From NCBI GenBank assembly GCA_964390595.1, contig CAYMIA010000001.1, positions 59,981 to 123,980 on the forward strand: a DNA stretch of 64,000 bases, given 5' to 3'. A program made the translations under genes and the position numbers. The stretch comes from an uncultured Gammaproteobacteria bacterium (GTDB lineage: Bacteria > Patescibacteriota > Microgenomatia > Daviesbacterales > UBA10151). Of the stretch, positions 47,064-55,726 are shown piece by piece (within the stretch, counting starts at the first letter, position 1; each line of letters opens with the position of its first letter). The notes beneath the pieces were generated by a model, which was not told where the DNA came from, did no database searches, and worked only from the letters and a program-made list of their open reading frames with translations.

Positions 47064-48770
47064 CTAGAAATCAATTGGTTTATTTTGCGAGAGTTGGTTT
47101 AGAACATACTGAGTTTGAGGGGTGGGAGAAAGTAGATAGGAGTTTTGAGCGGCTTTGAGGGCGGAGGGTTGGTCATTTAATTTGTAATTGATCAAGGCTA
47201 GTAAAAACCAAAGCTTGGGGTTGTTTGGTAATTTTTTTAAAGAGCCCTCAGCATATACTTTAGCTTTTTGAATATCGCCATGAAAAAGTTCTAAGTTGGT
47301 TCTATTTTCATGAGCCAAATAGTAATCAGAGAGGGAGAGAGTTTTTTGATAGAGTTCTTGGGCTTTGGCGTAATAACCTTCTTTTTCATAAACTGCGCCT
47401 AAATTATTGTAGGCAAAGTGCCACTTAGGTTGCAGAGCAATTGAGCGCTCAAAATGCTTTTTAGCCTCAGAAAACTGCCCTGCTCTAAAGAGTTCAACTC
47501 CTAAATTATTTTCTAAATCAAAGCTATTTTGAGAAATTTTTAGGTCATGACTGTAAAGAGTTAGGCCATCGACCCAATTGGTGTTGCGGATTAAATTCCG
47601 GGTGGTTAAGCCAGCTATAGCGATTAAAACTAAAGCCAGGATTGCTGGAATTAGTTTGGGTTTGAAGTTTAAGAGTGAATTTAGAAGTGCTGCCAAGATA
47701 AAAATTATTCCCACAAAGGGTGCGTAATACCAGCGTTCAGCGACTGTCATATCCAGGGGAAAGATATTGGAGATCAGACCAAAACTAACCCCAAACCAGA
47801 TCAGACCAAATAGCGCCAGTTTTGAGTGAGTTTTATAAATATAGAAGCAGAGTAATCCCAGAAGAGTTAGCAAAATAAAGAGTTGCAAGAAGAAGTGGGG
47901 AAAGTTGGGTTGCAGGACCAAAAAGTGTTGAGAGATAGCCAGATTTTTAGGGAAAATGGTATTAGATAGGTAAAACATTAGTTCGGAAGGGATGGTTAAT
48001 AATCTGGTAATCAAGCTGGCGTCAGAGATAGGAGCAAACTCAGGCGAACGGAACGGAGTATGAACTAAAATCAGGCGGATAAATAGATAGATAATTAGTG
48101 TTGAGGTTAAAGTCAGGAATAGAGCCTGGCGGGAAGTTTTTTTAAATATCAATAAAAATGCGGCCAGGATGGGAAAAATAACTACTGATGATTCTTTGAG
48201 GAAGGTGCCAGAAAGTAAAAGTAAGGCAATTGAAGCGAGAATTTTCCAGTTAAAAGTTTGGTTTTTGATTATTAGATAGAGCGCTGATAGGTTGAAAAAA
48301 GTATACATGACCTCAGATGAGGCTGCTATATAGGAGACAGCTTCATTGATAGCTGGGTGGACAGCAAATATTAGAGCACCAACTAAGCTAACTGACTGAG
48401 AAATTTTTGTTTTGGGAAGAAGTAGGGATAGAATTTTAAAGATTAAAATAGCGTTGAGGAGGTGAAAAGTGAGCTGGAAAAGATGAAAACCCCAGGCATT
48501 AGCTCCCCAAATTGCATAATTTAGCATGTAGGAGAGCGTTAGAAAGGGCCTGAAAAACCAACCAGAGAGTCCAGCTCCTCCAGTTGAAAAGGTTGCTCCT
48601 GAAAAGATTTGGTTAATATTGCCCAGATTTTGAATAATGGCATTGTTGACAATTTGTTCTTCATCATCCCAGACAAAACCGTTAAAAAGGATGTTAAAAT
48701 AGGCCAAACTGCTAACTATACAGATTAAAATAACCGCTTTTTTAGGGGTTAGGGCTTGGAGAAGCTTCAT
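47064..48770 (-). CDS. GT-C-type (PMT/TMTC-like) membrane glycosyltransferase domain fused to C-terminal TPR repeats
   Basis: 568 aa. The N-terminal polytopic domain has FVWDDEE (DE motif) in the first loop. The C-terminal 150 aa or so carry TPR-like repeats (AYNNLGAVYEKEGYYAKAQELYQK). Confidence 0.55.
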   Translation of the reverse strand: MKLLQALTPKKAVILICIVSSLAYFNILFNGFVWDDEEQIVNNAIIQNLGNINQIFSGATFSTGGAGLSGWFFRPFLTLSYMLNYAIWGANAWGFHLFQLTFHLLNAILIFKILSLLLPKTKISQSVSLVGALIFAVHPAINEAVSYIAASSEVMYTFFNLSALYLIIKNQTFNWKILASIALLLLSGTFLKESSVVIFPILAAFLLIFKKTSRQALFLTLTSTLIIYLFIRLILVHTPFRSPEFAPISDASLITRLLTIPSELMFYLSNTIFPKNLAISQHFLVLQPNFPHFFLQLFILLTLLGLLCFYIYKTHSKLALFGLIWFGVSFGLISNIFPLDMTVAERWYYAPFVGIIFILAALLNSLLNFKPKLIPAILALVLIAIAGLTTRNLIRNTNWVDGLTLYSHDLKISQNSFDLENNLGVELFRAGQFSEAKKHFERSIALQPKWHFAYNNLGAVYEKEGYYAKAQELYQKTLSLSDYYLAHENRTNLELFHGDIQKAKVYAEGSLKKLPNNPKLWFLLALINYKLNDQPSALKAAQNSYLLSPTPQTQYVLNQLSQNKPIDF

Positions 48771-48862
48771 TTGTTTTAATAATACTAGCAGCTAGTAACC
48801 AAAGACCAGTAGCTAATTCACCCTCTTGTAATTTTCACACACTATCCTATATATTAAAGCTT

Positions 48863-49327
48863 ATGGATCCAGATGATACAGATGTGACAGACGGCGAGTT
48901 AGTTTCTACTCCAGCTACAACTCAGGTGAGTGGGGGAGAGATTTTAATGAATATGGAGGGGCTGATTAAAAATTATATCGCCTCGATTGATAAGCTGCAG
49001 GAAGAATCTAAAAAGTTAAAGGAGATGTTGGATGATATCTTTAATAATGACCCAACTTTTAAGCAACACTCAGATGAGGCTAAAGAAGCAGCTAAAAAGA
49101 AACAAACGACCAAGAGTGAGATATTAAAGCGTCCACAAGCGGCTGAACTTAATGAAAAAGTTAAATCAATGAAGTCTCAGGTTAGCGAACAACAAACATC
49201 GCTATCTGATTATTTGCAGCAATATGCTCAAATGGCGGGGGTAAATGAGATTGAAGATGATTCAGGAACTGTTAGAGAGATCGTTTATACTGCCAAATTG
49301 GTCAGAAAAAGTGATTTTAGGCCTTAA
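48863..49327 (+). CDS. hypothetical protein (charged, coiled-coil-like)
   Basis: 154-aa ORF. No motif recognised. Confidence 0.4.
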   Translation: MDPDDTDVTDGELVSTPATTQVSGGEILMNMEGLIKNYIASIDKLQEESKKLKEMLDDIFNNDPTFKQHSDEAKEAAKKKQTTKSEILKRPQAAELNEKVKSMKSQVSEQQTSLSDYLQQYAQMAGVNEIEDDSGTVREIVYTAKLVRKSDFRP

Positions 49328-49971
49328 AGTTCAGAGATCTCTGAAGTTAAATTTACTCCATCAAAGATTAATTTAAATTCCACTGGTTTGGTTTTGTTAT
49401 TGGTAATATACAAATTTTGATTCGCACTGGCGCTTGGGTTGCCAGGGTTATCAAATATAGCTACACCATATTCTCTAGGAACTTGGGGGATAACTGCGAA
49501 GTTGTGGTTGGTGGGAGCTATGGCGATTAGATTGGCGTCTTTGGCTGACCAATAAATTAATGAGGCTAAATGACAAACACCATCACCCATTAAGTAACCA
49601 TCGGATTTAAATCCCTCAAGGCCATTAAAGTGCGCGGTAGTAGTTCGGGCTATTTTGCCTTTAAATTCTGGGTAAACATCTTCATGGAAGGCGAAGACTT
49701 CATTAGGTTGTAGTACAAAGCTATAGGTTGCAGATTTTCTAACTTCTTCCCAGTTGGGAGTTCTGGTTTTGGGAAGTCCATTAAGATAGTTAGCGGTCAG
49801 TAAAATGTTATCTTTAAAAACATCACTAACTGATTTAACAGGATAGCGGTTATCTAAAGAGATCGTGTGTGAGGCTAAAACCTGAGGTTGATGGGTAGGC
49901 ATTAGGCTTCCAAAGGTAGTTACCTGGAACATAGATAAGGTTGCGAATGTGATTAAAGCAGGTATTATCAT
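49324..49971 (-). CDS. VanW-like domain protein
   Basis: 215 aa with an N-terminal TM/signal. GDGVCHLASLIYWSA resembles the VanW core GGGVCQ(V)STTLY motif. Confidence 0.5.
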   Translation of the reverse strand: MIIPALITFATLSMFQVTTFGSLMPTHQPQVLASHTISLDNRYPVKSVSDVFKDNILLTANYLNGLPKTRTPNWEEVRKSATYSFVLQPNEVFAFHEDVYPEFKGKIARTTTAHFNGLEGFKSDGYLMGDGVCHLASLIYWSAKDANLIAIAPTNHNFAVIPQVPREYGVAIFDNPGNPSASANQNLYITNNKTKPVEFKLIFDGVNLTSEISEL

Positions 49972-50041
49972 AGTATTAAAAAAGCCTCCTTTTGGGAGAC
50001 CATTGCTTGGTATTATAGCATACTATGGGATTAGAAGCAAA

Positions 50042-50809
50042 TTATGGAGAAGGAGGACTTAGGGTAAGGGCAGCTTCTTGCAATGTAAGAAACCAATCCT
50101 GAAGCGACTGATCAATTTTATCTCCAGTTAGCCTAAACATTGCTTCCTGATCGGTCACCCGAAAAGAAAATATCTCGTTATTAAAACCAGCCCTGGGATA
50201 TTCCCATCTGGCTAGCATCGGTTTGTAGCCTGCATTAAGCATGACTTCCAGAGTATTTCTTCTAAAAGCATTGAGCGTGGTGGGCTCAGGATATTGTTCT
50301 CCCCAAACTAGTCCTACCAGGTGGGCTCGTGGCCCCTTTAGATCAATTTCCATGAGCATTTGCCTTAGAGCTGCATCTCGTAGGCTAGCATAGCCGGTAG
50401 GCCATCTATCTGATTCTTCTACTAAAGCAAAATTATTCTCATAGCCAGAATTGATCATTCGCGAGACTTTAAATGGCTTGATCCGTCTCCGAAAACAGGT
50501 AACAACATATTGCATTAGCTCATCTTCTGAATGATTTTGATTAGGATCGGGCCAAGCTAGTCCGTCAGCAAGAAATTGGACTCCGCCACTGTCTGGCATA
50601 ATGAGTCTCTTTCCAGGCGTGTGTTTATGGCTGATGGCTTGAACGAAGAGTTCAGTGGCTTTATCAGGAGAGACAGTCAGTTCAAAGATATCTTTTTCTG
50701 GCATAGACCTTTTATATATCCTTATAAGCTGGTTGTCAAGGGCTCTTTCTTTCAATTCAACCTCTAGTTTGTTAAAATTATCATCACATTGCGGGGACCA
50801 GCCTCGCAT
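50042..50809 (-). CDS. hypothetical protein (compositionally richer than surroundings)
   Basis: 255-aa ORF, W/R/P-rich. A sampled stretch is about 43% GC. It directly abuts the tRNA-Gln/GIY-YIG mosaic. Confidence 0.45.
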   Translation of the reverse strand: MRGWSPQCDDNFNKLEVELKERALDNQLIRIYKRSMPEKDIFELTVSPDKATELFVQAISHKHTPGKRLIMPDSGGVQFLADGLAWPDPNQNHSEDELMQYVVTCFRRRIKPFKVSRMINSGYENNFALVEESDRWPTGYASLRDAALRQMLMEIDLKGPRAHLVGLVWGEQYPEPTTLNAFRRNTLEVMLNAGYKPMLARWEYPRAGFNNEIFSFRVTDQEAMFRLTGDKIDQSLQDWFLTLQEAALTLSPPSP

Positions 50810-50820
50810 AGCTTAGCTAG

Positions 50821-50848
50821 GCGGGTCGTTAGCAACGGTAGGATAGCG
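50821..50848 (+). repeat. degenerate copy of tRNA-Gln 5' half (acceptor + D arm)
   Basis: GCGGGTCGTTAGCAACGGTAGGATAGCG aligns with the 5' portion of the intact tRNA-Gln 200 nt downstream (GCGGGATCGTTCAACGGTAGGACAGTAG) at about 80% identity. Confidence 0.4.
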
Positions 50849-50850
50849 AA

Positions 50851-51000
50851 ATGAAATACGTGGTATATGTCTTGTTAAGTAAGGTTAATGAAAAAAGTTA
50901 TGTGGGACTGACAAATAATTTAGAAAGAAGATTAGTGGAACATAATACAGGTAGAAGCTACTATACTAAGAGATATATGCCTTGGGAAGAAGATTTTTAA
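50851..51000 (+). pseudogene. GIY-YIG nuclease-family gene, C-terminally truncated (49 aa)
   Basis: Translation MKYVVYVLLSKVNEKSYVGLTNNLERRLVEHNTGRSYYTKRYMPWEEDF* carries the GIY...YVG and R-x-x-EHN-G core of small GIY-YIG (YhbQ-like) nucleases. It stops where full-length members continue. It is not in the supplied ORF track because it is under 60 aa. Confidence 0.6.
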
Positions 51001-51019
51001 AGAGTTTTTTAACTTAAAT

Positions 51020-51090
51020 TGCGGGATCGTTCAACGGTAGGACAGTAGACTTTGGATCTGCTTATCATGGTTCGAATCCATGTCCCGCAG
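51020..51090 (+). tRNA. tRNA-Gln (anticodon UUG)
   Basis: Acceptor TGCGGGA/TCCCGCA with U1-A72. D-arm GTTC-AACGGTA-GGAC. Anticodon stem GTAGA/TCTGC with loop CTTTGGA (anticodon TTG). T-arm CATGG-TTCGAAT-CCATG is perfect. Discriminator G, as in bacterial tRNA-Gln. Confidence 0.7.
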
Positions 51091-51202
51091 CTCGGTTTGA
51101 AAACTTGCCCTTGCGGTAAGTTTCTCAAAGCGATCTGGGACTGGGGATTCTAACTCGCGTCATCTCCACCAAGCGGGTTCGGCTATCCGCTAGTCAGCGG
51201 AT

Positions 51203-51221
51203 TGGGTGTATTATCCATGTC
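51203..51221 (+). repeat. 19-bp direct repeat TGGGTGTATTATCCATGTC (copy 1; overlaps a duplicate of the tRNA-Gln 3' end)
   Basis: Exact 19-mer found again at 52265..52283. Copy 1 continues CCGCAGC, which reproduces the tRNA-Gln 3' acceptor. Confidence 0.6.
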
Positions 51222-51282
51222 CCGCAGCACTAGGGAAAAGGCTTTCACAAAGCCATTATCAATCTTTGACCGTTCCCCCCGG

Positions 51283-51801
51283 TCACTTTTGTGTCTTACC
51301 TAAAATATCAAAACGGATAATGCCAACCAGCACAGACGTTAAGATAAATAGTTCTGTTAGCATACCCGCGTATGATCCGACGATAAAGTTATAGAAAAAC
51401 CATAATGGTCTTGGAATGAGCATAATAAAGCGAATCGTTTTCGGATTCTTTTGCCAGACTGCAATCGCTCCAAATATTTGGGCAATAATAGGAAGGAAAT
51501 CAGTGGTAGTTTTTGCCGTAAACAAACCAACAGCAATATAACATGCAATAAAAATATATGGCCAGAATTTTTGTTTTGCCCATTTTTCTGTTTCTTTTTT
51601 ATAAGAAACAAAGACTACACAAACTTCAATTAAATTCATTAGGGCGCCAATCCATGCCTTAAGTAAGCTGTAATGAACGACAAACAGCAGCAGTCCGACG
51701 AACATGAGGAGGAGAATGGTAACCCGTTTTTTCTTCTGAAATGAGAGAATGACAAAAATAAGTGCTAAAAAACCTATTCCTTGAATAAGTAATTGATTCA
51801 T
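51283..51801 (-). CDS. YgjV-like inner-membrane protein
   Basis: 172 aa with 5-6 TM segments. The size and pattern resemble YgjV-family proteins. Weak. Confidence 0.4.
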   Translation of the reverse strand: MNQLLIQGIGFLALIFVILSFQKKKRVTILLLMFVGLLLFVVHYSLLKAWIGALMNLIEVCVVFVSYKKETEKWAKQKFWPYIFIACYIAVGLFTAKTTTDFLPIIAQIFGAIAVWQKNPKTIRFIMLIPRPLWFFYNFIVGSYAGMLTELFILTSVLVGIIRFDILGKTQK

Positions 51802-51991
51802 GAATTTATTATAGCAACAATATTTATCTAAATGGTTTTATTTTAGACAGTCGTATAATAAGTTCCGACATAGTCAACTAGTGCCAGCCCTTCGACTGTG
51901 CTCAGGGCCATGGCCATGAATTCAAATGGCCATAACTGACTAGGATAGCCTTGGAGGGAGAAGGTCTTGAGCGAGTCAAACGAGTCGAAAG

Positions 51992-52260
51992 ATGTATTAT
52001 TTTTATATCCTACGTTGTTCAGATAACTCTCTTTATTGTGGAATGACTTCAAATTTAGATAAAAGAATTAAGGAGCATAATTCAGGTACTGCAAGGGTGC
52101 AAAATATTTGCGAGCTAAGAAACCTGTCCATTTAGTTCACCAGGAGATTTATCCTAATATAAAAACTGCAATGAATAGGGAGTTGCAGGTAAAAAAATGG
52201 ACAAAAGCTAAAAAGGAATCTTTGATTAGTGGTGATTTAGAATTATTAAAGAAACTTTAA
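51992..52260 (+). pseudogene. GIY-YIG nuclease-family gene, full-length but frameshifted (-1 near 52085-52095)
   Basis: Frame A reads MYYFYILRCSDNSLYCGMTSNLDKRIKEHNSGT...* and stops at 52133. The -1 frame continues CKGAKYLRAKKPVHLVHQEIYPNIKTAMNRELQVKKWTKAKKESLISGDLELLKKL*, which matches the C-terminal half of YhbQ-like GIY-YIG proteins. Confidence 0.6.
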
Positions 52261-52264
52261 GAAA

Positions 52265-52283
52265 TGGGTGTATTATCCATGTC
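52265..52283 (+). repeat. 19-bp direct repeat TGGGTGTATTATCCATGTC (copy 2)
   Basis: Exact match to 51203..51221. It lies immediately after the stop of the second GIY-YIG gene. Confidence 0.6.
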
Positions 52284-52596
52284 TACCACGAAGTGACAAG
52301 CTTTGCTTATTGAGCACATATTGTACAGAAGAGCTGATTGGTTTATCTGTTCGGTGAATACAGCCAAGCCAACAACAAGGCCGGCGCATCCCTTCTTTAA
52401 GTTCGATGAGGACTCTTTCAACATGCTGCTTTCTGGTTTCCTGCTTTTTAACGAAGGTCGCCCAGCAGATCCATTCATTGCGCGCAAGTGGGGTAAGGCT
52501 TTCCCATGCTGTGAGAGCTTTTGAGTCAGAAGTCAAAGCTTCCCGTAAATCCGCTGGAACTTTGTGCACAGTACCGCTTGAAATATTTTTAGTCAT
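52273..52596 (-). CDS. YdeI/OmpD-associated family protein
   Basis: 107 aa. LREALTSDSKALTAWESLTPLARNEWICWATFVKKQETRKQHVERVLIEL matches the conserved pattern of this family (AW..LTP..R.EWI.W...AK..ETR..R). Confidence 0.55.
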   Translation of the reverse strand: MTKNISSGTVHKVPADLREALTSDSKALTAWESLTPLARNEWICWATFVKKQETRKQHVERVLIELKEGMRRPCCWLGCIHRTDKPISSSVQYVLNKQSLSLRGRHG

Positions 52597-52638
52597 AGGA
52601 TCTTTAGAAGAATTATAACAAATTATCTATATCGCCAA

Positions 52639-53040
52639 CTAGGGTTTTGGTTTGTTCTTATCTTTCTGATTAAGTTCTACTGCATTACGGATGAGGTCTT
52701 TGAAGGCGGTTTTGTTAATCTTGTCTCCCTCGTTAATAACGATGGCGCGGTAACTATTTAGAAGACCTTTTGGGTCTTTGAGAGATGATCCTTTCGCGAA
52801 GGTCAGCCGGAGATGGTTCTTGTAGGTCTCGCCGGTGCAAATCATTCCGTCATGAGACCAGACTGGAATTCCATCAGGATTTGAGGGCTTTTTCCATTTA
52901 ACTTCTTCGGTTCCCTCAGGATCAGCCTGTTTGATTAAAGCGCGAAGCTGTGCTAGTCTTTTGCCACGCCAATCAGTTAACTTCATAATTATGGCATTTA
53001 TCTGTTCATCTACAGACCTGTCTTTTGAGGAAGAATTCAT
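52639..53040 (-). CDS. DUF1801 (YdhG-like) domain protein
   Basis: 133 aa. The MKLTDWRGKRLAQLRALI...VKWKKPS...PVWSHDGMICTGETYKNHLRLTF pattern matches DUF1801. Confidence 0.55.
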   Translation of the reverse strand: MNSSSKDRSVDEQINAIIMKLTDWRGKRLAQLRALIKQADPEGTEEVKWKKPSNPDGIPVWSHDGMICTGETYKNHLRLTFAKGSSLKDPKGLLNSYRAIVINEGDKINKTAFKDLIRNAVELNQKDKNKPKP

Positions 53041-53128
53041 TATAGGTACACTCTACCATATAAAGTTGCTAGCATCTAATTTGACTAGCTGAAACCCATA
53101 TTTACTTGTTAATTTAGGTCATGTATAG

Positions 53129-54649
53129 TTGTGTCAGTTAATCATGACTACCATACAGAGGGTTGATTTCCGCATTGAAAAACTGCAACAATCATTGAAG
53201 TTCTCCCGGGACATTATAGATACTGTCCGTGAACCATTCATAGTACTTGATTCTAAGTTGAGAGTTATGACTGCAAATCCAGCTTTTTACCGCACCTTTA
53301 GAGTTTTAAAAAAAGATACAGAAAAAAAACTCATATACCATTTGGGTGCTAACCAATGGCAGATACCAGAGCTCCGGAAGCTGCTTGAGTCAATTCTTCC
53401 AAAACGTACCACTTTTAAAAATTTTGAAGTTGTGCATAATTTTCCTACCATCGGGCAAAAAATAATGCTTTTAAACGCCCGTAGGATTGACCATGTCGAC
53501 CTCATTTTACTGGCAATTGAAGATGTTACGGAGCGTAGGCAACTGGCAGATAGACTGCACGAAAGTGAGAGACAATTCCGGACATTGATTGAAAAAAGTG
53601 CTGACGCAATTGCACTAGTTAATCCGGAAGGGAAAGTAATTTATGCTAGTCCTTCAACAAAAAATGTCTTAGGTTATTCCGAGAAGGAATTGCAGGGTTT
53701 CACAAATCCATTTGAGCTCGTTCCGCCCGATGATAAAAAAACCGTTACCAAACTATTTGAGGACCTTCTGAAGAAGCCAAGTGGTACAGTCATAGCTGAA
53801 TATCAGGTTAGGCATAAAGGCGGAACACATATCTGGATTGAATCGATTATGACGAACTTGTTACGTGACCCTAATGTCAATGCAATTGTCTTAAATTATA
53901 GGGATATTACCCACCGAAAAGAGCTTGAGAGTCAAAAAGATGACTTTATCGGTATTGCCAGCCATGAGCTAAAAACGCCCGTAACCAGTATTAAAGCATA
54001 TACCCAAATACTCCAAAAACGGTTCGAAAAGCAGGGAGATGAAATAGCAACCCAAAACCTTTCCAAAATGGATGCCCAAATAAACAAATTAAATACTCTT
54101 ATTAGTGATTTGTTAGATGTGACCAAAATTGAGACAGGCAAAATAGTTTTTAATATGCGGTCTTTTGATTTTGATAGCTTGATACGAGAAACAGTGGACG
54201 ATGTAAGACTCACAATTGATAAACATAAGATCTTGGTTAGGGGTAAAACCAGACGGAAAGTTTTTGCAGATAGAGAACGGATTGGATTGGTGCTGGTAAA
54301 CCTTTTGACCAATGCTATTAAGTACTCTCCTAATGCAGTAAGAGTCATTGTCCAACTGTCAGCAGATAAAAGATTGGTTACTGTTGGTGTGCAGGATTTT
54401 GGTATCGGTATTGAAAAAGCCAAACAGGACAAAGTTTTTCAACGCTTCTATCGGGTAACAGGACCTAATGGAAATACTTATCCTGGCCTAGGGCTTGGTT
54501 TGTACATAGCATCTGAGATAATAAAGCGCCATAATGGGAAGATGTGGCTTAAAAGCCAAGCTGGTAAGGGTTCAACCTTTTATTTCTCAATTCCCATCCG
54601 AAAAAAAACAGGGGTACAAAATAAAATAAAAGAAGATATTGAAACATGA
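53129..54649 (+). CDS. PAS-domain sensor histidine kinase (cytoplasmic)
   Basis: 506 aa with two PAS-like segments. H-box ASHELKTPVTSI. HATPase N/G boxes (LVNLLTNAIKYS, GLGLGLYIA). Confidence 0.85.
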   Translation: MCQLIMTTIQRVDFRIEKLQQSLKFSRDIIDTVREPFIVLDSKLRVMTANPAFYRTFRVLKKDTEKKLIYHLGANQWQIPELRKLLESILPKRTTFKNFEVVHNFPTIGQKIMLLNARRIDHVDLILLAIEDVTERRQLADRLHESERQFRTLIEKSADAIALVNPEGKVIYASPSTKNVLGYSEKELQGFTNPFELVPPDDKKTVTKLFEDLLKKPSGTVIAEYQVRHKGGTHIWIESIMTNLLRDPNVNAIVLNYRDITHRKELESQKDDFIGIASHELKTPVTSIKAYTQILQKRFEKQGDEIATQNLSKMDAQINKLNTLISDLLDVTKIETGKIVFNMRSFDFDSLIRETVDDVRLTIDKHKILVRGKTRRKVFADRERIGLVLVNLLTNAIKYSPNAVRVIVQLSADKRLVTVGVQDFGIGIEKAKQDKVFQRFYRVTGPNGNTYPGLGLGLYIASEIIKRHNGKMWLKSQAGKGSTFYFSIPIRKKTGVQNKIKEDIET

Positions 54650-55038
54650 GAAAAAAAGGTAAAAGTCTGGAGCGAGGTCGTAGGGTGTTGGTTGCAGATG
54701 ATGATCTGGCAATTTTGGATGTTATAAAACAGATCTTGGAGGAGGTAGGTTATGAGGTAAAAACCACAGTAAATGGTGAGACTGTTAGAACAATGCACCA
54801 GGAATTACCCGATTTACTTTTACTTGATATCTGGATGTCAGGAACCGATGGGCGAAATATTTGTAAACAGCTAAAAAACCAAAAATCAACAAAGCAGATT
54901 CCGATTGTTATGATTTCAGCAAATAAGGATATAAAAGTAATTGCCAAGGAGGCAGGCGCAGATGACTTTTTAGTTAAGCCATTTGAGATGAATGATTTAC
55001 TGAATATGGTGGCTAAGTATATTGGTACTGTTGATTAG
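54646..55038 (+). CDS. stand-alone response-regulator receiver (CheY-like)
   Basis: 130 aa with VLVADDDLAILDVI and LLLDIWMSGTDG (phospho-acceptor Asp). The conserved K is in LVKPF. It overlaps the histidine kinase gene by 4 nt. Confidence 0.85.
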   Translation: MRKKGKSLERGRRVLVADDDLAILDVIKQILEEVGYEVKTTVNGETVRTMHQELPDLLLLDIWMSGTDGRNICKQLKNQKSTKQIPIVMISANKDIKVIAKEAGADDFLVKPFEMNDLLNMVAKYIGTVD

Positions 55039-55076
55039 CAAAAATGTTTTGATTAATTATGGAGAAGAAACCAGTT

Positions 55077-55691
55077 TTAGGATAAGGCGTCTATTTGTCT
55101 TAGTCCATAGGTATATCTTTGTTCCTTAATATTACCAACGCTGTGGAATTGTTGGCCATCAAGGGGAGCAAAACCAGGAGCTCGCATTAGGACTACCATA
55201 CCAGGTATAGTCTCAATTTTTTGAATGTAAGGGCTGAATCTATCAAAATAAGTATAGAAGTCAGCTTCCCCCGCTAGAGCGATAACAGCAACTAAATTAA
55301 TGTAACGGGCTTTATCGAGATGGGTGGTAATACCTATTGAATTAGGTGGATGTTTTTGCAGAACTTGGGCGTTCAATCTTAACGGCGTAGTAAAGGGATA
55401 ACGGTCCAGAAGCCTAAATTGGTAATCTAACTCAGTTTGAAGGGCGTCTTTTAGAATGAAGAATAAACTATCATCAGGAAAATTTTCAAATGAAGCAAGT
55501 TGCTGTCTAACCTCGGTGGGTTTGCCTAGATTCACATATTCCGTCGCATCCAGGTAAGAATAACCTTGAGCTTCTTCAAGAAGTTGCCTCCTGATAGGTT
55601 CGGATAAAATCATCATGTTACTGGCACCAGTAGTGCTTAAGTCATGAACTATGCGTTCAGCATCAATATTTTGGCGAAGCAGAATTTCCAT
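55077..55691 (-). CDS. hypothetical protein
   Basis: 204-aa ORF. No motif recognised. Confidence 0.4.
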   Translation of the reverse strand: MEILLRQNIDAERIVHDLSTTGASNMMILSEPIRRQLLEEAQGYSYLDATEYVNLGKPTEVRQQLASFENFPDDSLFFILKDALQTELDYQFRLLDRYPFTTPLRLNAQVLQKHPPNSIGITTHLDKARYINLVAVIALAGEADFYTYFDRFSPYIQKIETIPGMVVLMRAPGFAPLDGQQFHSVGNIKEQRYTYGLRQIDALS

Positions 55692-55726
55692 TTTGAGTAG
55701 TATAACACTCGGCTGAGGGGGATGGT

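Larger units (their letters stand above)
50821..52283. mobile_element. decayed GIY-YIG / tRNA-Gln-fragment mosaic (putative remnant of tRNA-targeting mobile element)
   Basis: Order along the sequence: tRNA-Gln 5' fragment, truncated GIY-YIG, intact tRNA-Gln, tRNA 3'-end copy (ATCCATGTCCCGCAGC at 51213-51228), ygjV-like gene, frameshifted GIY-YIG, second 19-bp repeat. This is inference from repeat architecture. No integrase or transposase is seen. Confidence 0.35.

Noticed and set aside
50821-51090. Group I intron carrying a GIY-YIG homing endonuclease inside a tRNA gene
   Set aside because: The intact tRNA-Gln is contiguous, with no interruption in the anticodon loop. The upstream tRNA-like piece covers only the acceptor and D arm. 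A duplicated-fragment, insertion-footprint model fits better. I cannot exclude an intron remnant without a covariance-model search.
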